In this document: positions 50,975-63,083 of the stretch, piece after piece | Layout: each line of letters opens with the position of its first letter | Position numbering within the stretch: position 1 is the first letter of the stretch | Source: Octopus sinensis | Lineage: Eukaryota | Direction: 5' to 3' | NCBI RefSeq assembly: GCF_006345805.1 | Contig: NC_043006.1 | Location: 11,160,001-11,224,000 of the forward strand | Length of the DNA stretch: 64,000 bases | Made by a program: the position numbers and the translations under genes | Notes under the pieces: generated by a model | What the model was told of the DNA's origin: nothing | The model's database searches: none | The model's input: only the letters and a program-made list of their open reading frames with translations

Positions 50975-51505
50975 ATCATCATCTGAAAACGATTTCCTAA
51001 CTAGAAAGCATGTAATGATATGCATAAGATCTGGTCATCAAATCTAAGTAGAGACTTCAAGCTTAAAATCTTCAAAGCCACAGTCGAACCAATTCTACTA
51101 TATGGCTCAGGAACCTGGACGTTATCAAAGAAGCTTGAGAGGCGGTTGGATGGAACTTACACTCGCCTCCTTATGAGAGCTCAAAATCTCTCGTGGAAGC
51201 GTCATCCAACCAAAGTACAAATATATGGGAAGTTACCACCTGTATCATCTCTTGTGAAAGGTAGAAGAGCCCAGTTTGCTAGACATTGTTGCAGAGCTGA
51301 AAACGAGGTAATTTCTACTCTTCTCCTCTGGAAGCCATCTGCTCGCGATACCAGAGGGCGCACACTTTCCTACCCTGATGTAATCTCTAGGGATACAGGC
51401 ATCCAGCAACAAGACCTCCGTAATCCTATGATGGACCGTGAAGTCTGGCGTAACATAGTAAATTCCATTGTCTCGACCACGGTCAAACAATGATGATGAT
51501 GATGA
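50975..51505 (+). pseudogene. 5'-truncated RTE-type LINE 3' end with (TGA)n tail
   Basis: MHKIWSSNLSRDFKLKIFKATVEPILLYGSGTWTL..RRAQFARHC..DREVWR..KQ*, then tgatgatgatgatg. Confidence 0.85.
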
Positions 51506-51801
51506 CAATTCATGTTTTTGTCGCTAGAATATGATTGTTCAATTTAGTAGTGTGCCATAGCCTTTCGTTATTCACATTGGTATTATCAACTATTTGTGTA
51601 CCTCATTATCAAGTTTATTGCATACCACATTGTCAAATTGTTTTCTTTGATTTCTCTGAGCAGTTTCTGTTGCAATTTAGTTATTAGAATATCTTGCTCC
51701 CACCTAGCTCAATTCCGTTTACCTTAACCGGGCTTGTGGCCTCTTGAAATCCTCTTTTCGATAACAATAATCAATCGGTATTAATAGACAAGTCAGATAT
51801 A

Positions 51802-52214
51802 TTTCTTTATTGCCCACAAGGGGCTAAACACAGAGAGGACAAACAATGGCAGACAAAGGGATTAAGTCGATTACATCGACCCCAGTGCGAAACTGGTACT
51901 TATTTAATCGACCCCGAAAGGATTAAAGGCAAAGTCGATCTCGGCGGAATTTGAATTCAGACCGTAGTGACAGATGAAATACCTATTTCTTTACTACCCA
52001 CAAGGGGCTAAACACAGAGGGGACAAACAAGGACAGACATAGGTATTAAGTCGATTACATCGACCCCAGTGCGTAACTGGTACTTAATTTATCGACCCCG
52101 AAAGGATGAAAGGCAAAGTCGACCTCGGCGGAATTTGAACTCACAACGTAACGCAGACGAAATACCACTAAGCGTTTCACCCGGCGTGCTAACGTTTCTG
52201 CCAGCTCGCCGCCT
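51802..52214 (-). mobile_element. SINE family U, dimer
   Basis: TSD tagacaagtcagatata at 51785-51801 / 52217-52233. Confidence 0.92.
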
Positions 52215-54339
52215 ATTAGACAAGTCAGATATACACATGTTTAACTCAGACATTTCATTTAATATGAAGAGACATTTCATGGTAATGATAATTTGCAAAA
52301 TAATTACTAATAACAGAGGAATAACGTTAAAAATGTTACGGTTTCAACCGTTGTATGTCACTAGTAGTCATAGAAAGGCAAAGGAGTAACCTAGAAGGAA
52401 CTGAATTTAGCTTCGAGCTGATCATCATCAGGCAATGGGTGATCCTACTCGGTAGGAGACCTTTGCCTCTGACTGGTGGGCTTCTGGTACCGAAGACAAA
52501 ACGAGTTATTAGGCTAACCTTGGACAAGGTCCAGTGGATTTCTGGGAGCAGTAGTTTGTTTCTTTGTTGTGTATACTAGTTTATCGCAGTCCACTCTTCT
52601 CTCTCTCTCTCTCTCTCTCTCCCTCTCTCTCTCTCTGTAACTCACTCCCTCCCTATTTCTCTAGTTCCTATTCCTCTGAGCACTAAGAGGGTCTTGCTGT
52701 CATTTGGGTAAGTGTTAAGATTCCTCAGGATTTGCATGCCCTCATGTGGCCATATTGTGCTTTTGGTGACTTCGGTATTCATTAACTTCCCCCACTGTGC
52801 CGCAATAGTTAAGATGAGTCGAGATTCAATACCACTTCAGGTGTCTCCTACTGTATCCCTCATGTTCTGCGGTCCCATATATTACAGCACAAATCTTGCA
52901 GTAAATGTCTGCGTCACCAACTCAAATTGTCACCTCACTTGGGACCATGCATGCATACTCCTATATACACTACTCGGTTAATAAGGACTACACTATTCTA
53001 TATATCAAACAGGGTTTCTTTTAGCTGTTCATTAGAGGACATACTTAAAACCATCCATTTTAATAAACGGAGGTATGTCACCTTTTCCCAATCTTTCTTT
53101 TACAAAACTATCCAACTAAAAAAGCAGATATCGTGACATAACTGCAATTATGTTTTGGCTTTTTAGTTTTTCTTGATTTTTGTTTTAGTTTTTGTTTTCT
53201 ATTTAACATCCTCTAATTACCTTTAAAGGGCATGCGTGCGGCATCTGAGCTTTCTATCTTGAACGGTTAGTCACAGTTTTTCTTGGCCACAAATCAAGAA
53301 TCGATTTATAGTCTCGTGAAGCCATGAGGACCTATACTTCAACAGAAATAATCTAACAACATGCCATCCGTGTTCATTATCCGGTCACTACAGCGGTGAC
53401 CATGAGCAAAGAGTCAACGTTTCAACTAACGTCTTTTACTGTGTCACACATGTCCCTTCTACCTTCTTACTATCGGATTAGTTTACGAGGTGCTTGGCGC
53501 CCTAGCTGAGCATATCTCTTTGCTCCGTCCTCAATTGTGGAAACAGCACGTACATAGTTACATGTTCTATCGCGCCCGATATAGATTTTATCCCAGGTAT
53601 CAGTGAGACCGCAGAAGGAAGGTCTCTGTGAAGCACACGCAGGTTATTTTCCTCCTCTCTTGAGCTTTTGTAAAAGCTCCAAATAATAAAAAAAAAGCAC
53701 CTCATTTTCTCGTATAATGCAGCCGCGCTATTTTTCTTTCATCTAAACGTTGCAAGCCTTGAGCTCGTCTGTTCCAAGTTATGTGTGTAAAAGATGAAAG
53801 AGTTAGTCCACTCAAATTTCTTTCCTTATTTTCATTTGGCAAAGCTTGTTGTATGCGTGCAAATGTTGTTGTCATTATTGTTGTTGTTGTTATTATTTTT
53901 GGTGCCAAAAACATCAGAATCCGTGTAATTTTACATACAAGTGCCATTGTCCATAGAAAAGTCATTTCTTTTGAAACATGAGTTTTGTTGAATAATATTC
54001 TTGTTTATTTTATTCTTTTGTACTCTCTGTTTCCACTGTTTTTCTCTTTAAGGTTGTTGTTGTTGTTATTTCCCGTAGCCATTTTCTGTATGTATGTCGA
54101 GAAATAAGAGAAAAAAGAATATATTTCTCAGCAAACAAACATTATTTTTCGTTTGACCCTGCACGGGCAGAGTTCAACATTCTTCAAAAGCTCTACGTAA
54201 GAGAATAGACTAAACATAGAAGGAAGGAAAAAAAAAAAGGAAAAGCATTATTTCATGCAACTGTGAAATTCAATGCTTTCGAGAATGATCTGAAAACAGG
54301 ACAGAAACAGGCCAGCAGCGCTTGCAATAACACTAAGGG

Positions 54340-54573
54340 GGAGAAGGAGGATGAGGATGATGGAGGAGGAGGAAGATGGGAGGAGGAGGAGCAGCAGCAG
54401 CGGAGGAGGAAGGAGGAGAACGAAGGAGGAGAAGGGGGACGACGACGATGACGATGACGACCACCACCACCACTACGACTATGGCGAAGATAGCAGCGAC
54501 GACAGAGAGGGCAACGATGACGATAATAATAAATTGCATTATTATTATTATTATCATTATTATTATTATTATT
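54340..54573. repeat. Compound triplet tract (GGA, GCA, GAC, CAC, GAT, ATT)
   Basis: Direct reading. Confidence 0.85.
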
Positions 54574-55127
54574 GAGTGAGCGAGCAGAGCATGCCATCAA
54601 AGTGACACTGGGGTAAAATATACGAAGCCCAATATACCCATCATGACTACCCGTCTGATAAGGGTACACTAGGCACATGCATCACAACCATATGTGCGCG
54701 ACATGGTGATCTCATATCAAGATAAACAGCACATGACCTTGCAGGTGGGGCCCAGTTAGAATTTTCTTCAGGTTGAGTAGCCCATCCCGCTCAAACGGTC
54801 CCTGAATAAGGGTTGTTTAAGGATGTTGAAAGAACCACCCATGTTTCCAGAGGTGAACTATTCAAACCCCAAAGAATCCCTCTCAACACATGGCTATGAT
54901 GCTCCCCCACTACTTCTGCTCATGATCAGAGATGCACATATCGTCAGCCACTAAGGGACATGCTCAACTGGTTAAGGTCAAGCAACTGACAAGCAAATCT
55001 GTGGTATTGAGCAGAATATTTGCTGTAGCCCATCTTTTATACCAAGACAAAACAATGTACATGATAACACTTCCAATCAGTTAAGATCAGAAGCCATGAG
55101 AGCCACTCCCTGGTACTGCATCAGGGC
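54574..55127 (-). mobile_element. Element N, longest copy (554 bp, non-coding)
   Basis: ATT arrays on both sides; no long ORF, no clear Pol III B box; four copies in the window. Confidence 0.85.
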
Positions 55128-55197
<70 letters not shown>

Positions 55198-55199
<2 letters not shown>

Positions 55200-55590
55200 G
55201 GCAACGAGCTGACAGAATCGTTAGCACGCCAGGGCGAAATGATTAGCGGTATTTAGTCTGTCGTTACGTTGTGAGTTCAAATTCCGCCGAGGTCGACTTT
55301 GCCTTTCATCCTTTCGGGGTCGATAAATTAAGTACCAGTTACGCACTGGGGATCGATGTAATCGACTTAATACCTATGTCTGTCCTTGTTTGTCCCCTCT
55401 GTGGGTAATAAAGAAATAGGTATTTCGTCTGTCGCTACGTTTTGAGTTCAAATTCCACCGAGGTCGACTTTGCCTTTCATCCTTACGGGGTCGATAAATT
55501 AAGTACCAGTAAAACACTCGGGTCGGTGTAATCGACTTAACCTCTCACCCAAATTTCACGCCTTGTGCCTTTAGCAAAAAGGATTATTAT
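55198..55590 (+). mobile_element. SINE family U, dimer ending in the ATT-tailed variant
   Basis: aaagaaatag|gtatttcgtc junction at ~55400. Confidence 0.85.
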
Positions 55591-56895
55591 TGGTGTTGTT
55601 CTTTTCTCTTTGCCACAAGTTTTGTTGGAGCTCATGGAGTCTTGCATGCGTAGCGGGCTTACTACCTGCAGCCTAGAGTACCATGCTATCCGCTCTTTAC
55701 ATATCTAATACTTACCTCTTTATTCTGGCTGTCCCAATGAAGCAAACCTATTTCTTTACTACCCACAAGGGGCTAAACACAGAGAGAACAAAGAAAGACA
55801 AACGGATTAAGTCGATTATATCGACCCCAGTGCGTAACTGGCATTTAATTTATCGACTCCGAAAGGATGAAAGGCAAAGTCGACCTCGGCAGAATTTTAA
55901 CTCAGAACGTAACGGCAGACGAAATACGGCTACGCATTTCGCCAGGTGTGCTAACGTTTCTGCCAGCTAAGCAAACCTTTTGTGACTGTTCAACTGGGCA
56001 CTCTTTTCTAATTTCCTTTATATTCCTTTTGATGCCTTCTGATACTGATCCCAAGGACCAGACAATGATTGACACTATCTTCACCTTCTTCATTTTCCAT
56101 AACCGAGCTATTTCGTACTTAAGAGGGTTGTATCGATCTATCTTTTCCTCTTCCTTCTTGACTATTGACAAAGGGGCGTACAACATCAACTATATAGCAT
56201 CAACTATATTACATCAACTATATAACATATGTGGTCCATCACCACTAGATCCGGTTTGTTATAATCCAGCACCTGAACTGTTTGGACTGGGAAATCTCGG
56301 AGGATTTTGATAGTCTCCGACTCGTCACTCTCATACCACGTCTTGCCCCCACTTTTCACACAGTTTCCAATGTAGCCCTTTCGCTACCTGAACATGTGGA
56401 CACAAATTGTAGTGGTTTTGAGCAAATCTAGGGCATTCGTTCGTGATATGGGTAAATATTTCATCCACTCTGTTGCAGATGCGGCAGAATGGAGACAATT
56501 CCTCATTCTTCAAGTTGACCCTGCAGCTCCTGGTCAGAGCTTAGTCCTATACTGCCAGTATAGTACTCTCGGTTTCTTTTTTAGGGTTCCTTTCATCAGC
56601 CAATCCCACCTATTTTTTCCAGCAACTCCTGTTGTGGCTGCATGGAATTGATTGTGTAGTCCCTTCTTTCGTAATTCTTCTTTATGTCATTTTTGTACTT
56701 CTTCCTTTGTCTTCCCTTTTTTTCTCTGCTCTTAATACTCCTTCGTTCCAAAATGTCACTAGCAAGTTTCCATACTTTGAGCTGGGTATCTCATTAAGCT
56801 CTCAAGTTCGATATGCACGCAGTCTTCCACACTTGTCAGTGTCTACACGTGGATTTTGGGCTCCATGCATCGTTAGAAGCTTTCTTGACTTCCTT
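55590..56895 (-). pseudogene. Dong-B LINE 3' portion, interrupted by a SINE
   Basis: WDWLMKGTLKKETESTIL, FCRICNRVDEIFTHITNEC, EKIDRYNPLKYEIARLWKMKKVKIV, QKVC|..GTARI; 3' end at an AAT tract. Confidence 0.85.
55750..55968 (-). mobile_element. SINE family U inserted in Dong-B
   Basis: TSD aagcaaacct at 55740-55749 / 55969-55978. Confidence 0.9.
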
Positions 56896-57029
56896 GACCT
56901 TCTTCTTCTTCTTCTTTTTCTTCTTTTTCTTCTTCCTTGACCTTCTTCTTCTTCTTCTCTTTGTTATTATTATCATTATTATTTTTAATTATTATTATTA
57001 TTATTATTATTACGTTATTTCGTAATTAT

Positions 57030-57332
57030 TATTACGTAACCTTTCGGGTCGATGAATTAAGTACCAGTTGAGTACCTGGGTCGACGTAAACGACTATCCC
57101 CCTCCCAAAAACTCCAGGCATTGTGCCTATAGTGGAAAGGATAACTATGGAGGTGAGCCGACAGAATTGTTAGCACGACAGACAAAAGGCTAAGCGATGT
57201 TTTGTCCGTCTTTATGCTCTGAGTTCAAATTCCGCCGAGGTCGACTTTCTTATCATATTCTCGGAACCGAGCGCTGGGGTCGACAAAATCGACTAGGACG
57301 CTTCCTCCAAAATTTCAGGCCTTATGTCCATA
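57030..57332 (+). mobile_element. Two diverged SINE family U copies (ATT-tailed variant)
   Basis: Core motifs at ~57040 and ~57220. Confidence 0.7.
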
Positions 57333-57334
57333 GT

Positions 57335-57335
57335 T

Positions 57336-57366
<31 letters not shown>

Positions 57367-57369
57367 TTA

Positions 57370-57401
<32 letters not shown>

Positions 57402-57645
57402 TATATTATCATTATTATTATTCTTTTTCTTCTTCTTCTTTTCTTCTCTTCTTCTCTCTTCTTCTTCTTCTCTTCTTCTTCTTCTTCTTCTTCTTCTTCT
57501 TCCTTCTTCTTCTCTTCTTCTTCTTTTCTTATTATTATTATTATATTATTATTATTATTATTATTATATTATTATTATTATTATCATCGTTGTTAGTGTT
57601 ATCATCATCGTCGTCATCATCATCATCATCTTTATTTTTATTATT
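57335..57645. repeat. Alternating (CTT)n/(ATT)n/(CAT)n triplet tract
   Basis: Direct reading. Confidence 0.95.
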
Positions 57646-58105
57646 GAGCGAGAGAGCAGTACATGCCATCAAAGTGACACTGTGGTACAAATATACGAAG
57701 CCCAATGTAACTACCATGACTACTCATCTGATAACGGTGCACCTGGCACATGCTTTACAGCCATATGTGCGCGACATGCTGGCCTCATATCAAGATAAAT
57801 GGCGCATGACTTTGCAATTGAGACCCAATACGAATTTTCCTCAGATCGAGTAGCCAATCCCGCTCAAAAGGTCCTTGAATAAGGGTTGTTTAAGGATACA
57901 AAAACGAAACACTTATGCTTCTAGAGGTGAATTATTCAAACCCCAAAGAATCCCTCTCAACACATGGCTATGATGTTCCCCCACTACTTCTGCTCGTGAT
58001 CAGAGATGTACATATCGTCAGCCACTAAGGGACATACTCAACTGGTTAAAGTCAAACAACTGACAAGTAAATCTGTGGTATTGAGCAGAATATTTGCTGT
58101 AGCCC
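57646..58105 (-). mobile_element. Element N, 5'-truncated
   Basis: Matches 54574-55012; triplet arrays on both sides. Confidence 0.85.
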
Positions 58106-58109
58106 TATT

Positions 58110-58158
<49 letters not shown>

Positions 58159-58204
58159 TATTATTATTATTATTATTATCATTATTATCATCATCATCAT
58201 CATC

Positions 58205-58245
<41 letters not shown>

Positions 58246-58247
58246 CA

Positions 58248-58278
<31 letters not shown>

Positions 58279-58894
58279 TTCATTATTATTATCATTATTA
58301 TGACGATAGCAACAACAATAAAGAATAATGGTGATATTGTGCATCTGCTTAAAAATGGCCGTAAGTAATTAAACAACATGTTTTTGAATTAGCTGTATAA
58401 TTTAAGTGTATAGTAATTGAAACGTGGAATCGATAATGAAATTAGAATAATGGAGAAATGAGGAAATTATTAAACAACAATGAAAAAAAACAATCAATGA
58501 TGAGAATGGTTAGAGAGGCTGTGGTGGAGAGAATAAGGATGTCGTTGGTGAGTGATATAAGTGAAAACAGATTGTGGGAGAAATGATGAAGTGAATATAG
58601 AGAGAGAAACGGAGGGAGGGAGGGAGGCTAGAGAGAGAGAGTGAGAGTAAGAGGCTGTGTCATTATTTTTTTTATAGTCACAAAGGAATGACTAACCTAA
58701 TGAGATGGATTAGTACTGTCTGGAAAGTTCTGAGTTGTCACTTGAATTTGAAGTAATTGGAATTAGGGATAGAAAAAAAAAAAGCCAGACAAAAAAAAAA
58801 AGATTTTTAAACGAAAGTAACGGTTGTTGTTTAGTGGTTTGTTGTTCGTTGAAAGCTGGTGTGTCATTTACGTAATAACGATGAGGATAATAAA

Positions 58895-58899
58895 ACGTC

Positions 58900-58937
<38 letters not shown>

Positions 58938-59074
58938 TAACAACAATAATAATAATGATGATGATGATGATGATGATGATGATAACAACAAAATGATGAC
59001 AACAATGATAGTAACTGATATTTTTTATTTATTTTCAAATTGTGATGGTAATGATATCATTAATAATAATAATG

Positions 59075-59108
<34 letters not shown>

Positions 59109-59218
59109 TAACAATAATAATAATGATGATGATGATGATGATGATAACAACAAAATGATGACAACAATGATAGTAACTAATATTTTTATTCATTTTCAAA
59201 TTGTGATGGTAATGATAC

Positions 59219-59270
<52 letters not shown>

Positions 59271-59280
59271 TATAATAATG

Positions 59281-59318
<38 letters not shown>

Positions 59319-59320
59319 TT
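58895..59320. repeat. AAT/GAT tract with a 162-bp tandem duplication
   Basis: ~85-bp non-simple block starting at 58981 and again at 59143. Confidence 0.8.
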
Positions 59321-59805
59321 TTATTGTTGTTTTTGTTGTTGTTGTTATAACAGCAATGACAACAAAAATGGTGATGATGATTATGTTTTTTATTGTTTAT
59401 TTTAAAACTGTAATAATAATAATAGTAATAATAATGTCGATTATGATGATAATACTGTACAAGGCACATGAGATCACGGTTAGTGTTGAATTATATAAAA
59501 GCCGGTGTAATGTAATGTTTTAAGTAAAAAGAAAGAAGGAAGGAAAGAAAGAAAGATAATGATTTTGATAATGATTTGTCCAGTGAGATACACAGACAAG
59601 TGATTGATTCATTATCTCACAAATCGTGGTTCGATGAGTCTTAATCTAGTCATTATTGTCTCTACAAATGTGGCAGACATTTTAGCAAAAGAGAACTAAT
59701 ACTGCGTATTTCGCAGTGCTGTAATCATATATCACCTACCAATGCAATAGGGAATAAGGCAAAGCATTTTAGACCGGCATCGCAAAATCTTTATTTTTTT
59801 TAATA

Positions 59806-60077
59806 CGTGGATCGGCTGAAAAAAAGTTCATAGGCTGACCGAGATACTCTGAGGGAATTACTCTTTACTCTTTTACTCTTTTACTTGTTTCAGTCATTTG
59901 ACTGCAGCCATGCTGGAGCACCGCCTTTAATCGAGCAACTCCAACCCAGGGACTTATTCTTTGTAAACCCAGTACTTATTCTAGCGGTCTCTTTTTGCCG
60001 AACCGCTAAGTGACGGGGACGTAAACACACCAGCATCGGTTGTCAAGCAATGCTAGGGGGACAAACACAGACACACA

Positions 60078-60142
<65 letters not shown>

Positions 60143-62126
60143 ATACATATATACGACAGGCTTCTTTCAGTTTCCGTCTACCAAATCCACTCACAAGGCA
60201 TTGGTCGGCCCGGGGCTATAGCAGAAAACACTTGCCCAAGATGCCACGCAGTGAGACTGAACCTGGAACCATGTGGTTGGTTAGCAAGCTACTTACCACA
60301 CAGCCACTCCTGCGCCTGTGAACGAATGAGGTTTATTTTTCAGCATAGTCCCCCTGGTGGTCAACGCACTCTTATCCCATTGGTGTTAAAGTGTTTGGAT
60401 CCCATTGGGGAAGAATCTTTCAACCTGTTGCTAAAAAAAAAGTCATCAAAACAGATATGACGTCATTATCGCTGCAACACTGCTTCCGCGACAAGTATTT
60501 TGATGTTGGGTACAAATAATAGTGAGTTGGGGGCCAAATCAAAGGAATAGGGGCGATGGCCCGTCAGTTCAAAATCACAGTTACGCACAGCAGCCATTGA
60601 AGCCATCAGTAACAGCCATATCGCCATCAACATCACCATCATCATCATCATCACGAACAATAACCTTGTCATTATCATCTTTGTCATCATCACCATCGTC
60701 ATCATTATCAGCAGAATCGGCATCATTATCACCACCACCCCCATCCCCACCACCGACATCGTCGTCATCATCATGATCATCATCATCACTATCATCACTG
60801 TCGTCATCCTCATCAGCATCATCATCATTATCGTCATCATTGAAGCCAAGAACTTGTCTGCTGATGCATTATCCGGTTGAAACAATCCCCATTTCGTCAA
60901 TTTTGGTGTTAATAGCCCTTCGTAACTGCTTTAGCAAGTTGGCGTAGTACTCTCTATTGATGATTTAGCCCTTCTGAAGGGCTAAATAAACACAATGATT
61001 TTACATCACCCAAAAAAACTGAAGCCATCACCTTCAGTGCAGATGAAACGAACTTAGCCTCCGCAGCAGGTGAGAATAGCTTCCATTTTGGCCTTCATTG
61101 TCTCAGGCTCAAAATAATGAAGCTAACGCTTATCCTGGCTTGGTAAGCGTTCAAGGAAACTAACCAGATCTCTCTCAAACAATTTCAGATTTTTCCGTGA
61201 TGTAATCAGCTGGGTTCGCTTTTGATCAGGTGTCCAGAAACCTTCGTCATGCCAAGTTCATTAGACAGAATATTCTCAACTCTTTCTTTCATGGGATCTG
61301 CTAACAGCATTGACTATTTGATTTATGGTCAGTCGCCTGTCATCCATGATCATCATGTGGTGAGCAAAATGTGGTGGCTGTTGCAGGACGTCCAGACCTT
61401 GGGTCATCATCAAAACTCTCCCTTCCCCTCCTAAAATCAGCTGCCCACTTTTGTAATGCTGATAAAGCTGGAGGTCATCCCTTAAAATAGCAAACATTTC
61501 ACCATGAATACCCTTGGGGCTTGTTTCAACCGGATAATGCATCAGCAGACAAGTTCTTGGCTTCAATGATGACGATAATGATGATGATGCTGATGAGGAT
61601 GACGACAATGATGATAGTGATGATGATGATCATGATGATGACGACGATGTCGGTGGTGGGGATGGGGGTGGTGGTGATAATGATGCCGATTCTGCTGATA
61701 ATGATGACGATGGTGATGATGACAAAGATGATAATGACAAGGTTATTGTTCGTGATGATGATGATGATGGTGATGTTGATGACGATAAGGCTGTTACTGA
61801 TGGCTTCAATGGCTGCTGTGCGTAACTGTGATTTTGAACTGACGGGCCATCGCCCCTGTAGGCATGAATACCCTTGGGGTCTAAACCTGTAGGCATGAAT
61901 ACCCTTGGGGTCTAAATCTGTAGGCACAACGCCAAATTGTGTCTATTTTCAAGAAATGTTGCTACTAGTTGCTTTTGAAGTCTTCTTTGAAAAGTGAAAT
62001 GTCAGTTTACCGGGAAAGAAACAATGCGGTTAATAACAAGAAGTGTTGAAATCAATACATACTAGATTTCACGGCCTTAACATCATTCCTTCATATTCGG
62101 CCTATAAACTTCTCAGGCCACCCTCG
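59806..62126 (-). mobile_element. Decayed, rearranged mariner transposon
   Basis: TA at 59804-59805 and 62127-62128; imperfect TIRs cgtggatcggctgaaaaaagttcataggc / gcctataaacttctcaggccaccctcg; transposase pieces KWAADFRRGRESFDDDPRSGRP, DDRRLTINQI, EYYANLLKQLR, DNA, HRPYSFDLAP. Confidence 0.9.
59860..60316 (-). mobile_element. SINE family M inserted in the mariner
   Basis: Full pattern as at 16571-16987. Confidence 0.9.
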
Positions 62127-62609
62127 TAGGAGCAAGTACGGCTATGTGGTAGAGAGGTTTGCTTCAGGGGCACTTGGTTTTAGATTCGGTTCTACTGTGT
62201 GGCATACATGGAGCAATTGTCTTCTACTATAGCATCTGAACATCAATGTCTCAGACTGGCGATTATTTCTTTAACCCAATTTAATAATCAGCCAGTGTTA
62301 GTGTCCCAATAAAATCATATACTACACATTGTCTGGTTAACCACCACAACCTTGTGCTTATACTACATTTAGAGGAGGGGTCTATATTGTCGCAAGCCAT
62401 CGAACTAGTTCTTCAGTTTGAAGGTAACTTTCCCACTTTCTGCCACTAGTCATTTGGGTAAAAAAAAAAGCGAAATTACTATTGGAACTGCGTTCTCTCA
62501 TTGACTGAGCTGTTAAATAAAACTCCGCGAAGATTGTTAGTTTCGACAGATTGCAGTATTGAGCAAAATTCTTGCTACTGGAAAAGTAACCGAGAATCGA
62601 CTATCTACC

Positions 62610-62826
62610 TATTTCTTTACTACCCACAAGGGGCTAAACACAGAGGGGACAGACAAACGGATTAAGTCGATTACATCGGCCCCAGTGCGTAACTGTTACT
62701 TATTTAATCGACCCCGAAAGGATGAAAGGCAAAGTCAACCTCGGCAGAATTTGAACTCAGAACGTAGCGACAGATGGAATACCGCTAAGCATTTCGTCCA
62801 GTATGCTAACGGCTCTGCCAGCTCGC
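62610..62826 (-). mobile_element. SINE family U, monomer
   Basis: TSD cgactatctacc at 62598-62609 / 62827-62838. Confidence 0.9.
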
Positions 62827-62889
62827 CGACTATCTACCGATCCTAGAGGTGATACAACTATTAATATATATATATATATATATATATAC

Positions 62890-63083
62890 TTATTTAAAGC
62901 AGCAGAAAATTCAACAAAATCTGTTACTCTGAGTTTCTCGTTGCCGTTCATCGGCAACGAGAAACTCAGAGTAACAGATTTTGTTGAACTTTCTGCTGCT
63001 TTAAATAAAGCATATTACTCTACCACTGGTATTTGAGTACTCTTTTTTTTCCACCTTGTTTCACATTTATGTGTTTACTCCGG
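62890..63083. mobile_element. 57-bp-arm hairpin plus tail; possible Penelope-like inverted terminal-repeat remnant
   Basis: 62890-62946 is the reverse complement of 62952-63008 (1 mismatch, 5-nt loop); AATAAA at the end of the right arm; (TA)n flanks. The hairpin is certain; the family call is inference. Confidence 0.55.

Noticed and set aside
52380-53700. GC-richer stretch with several short ORFs
   Set aside because: No recognisable domain in any frame I tried; possibly a decayed LINE, but unsupported.
58993-59523. MMTTMIVT as the missing M2 (TMTTIS) exon
   Set aside because: Lies in a GAT/AAC repeat tract, with no splice sites and no ITTVL or LPRISY context.
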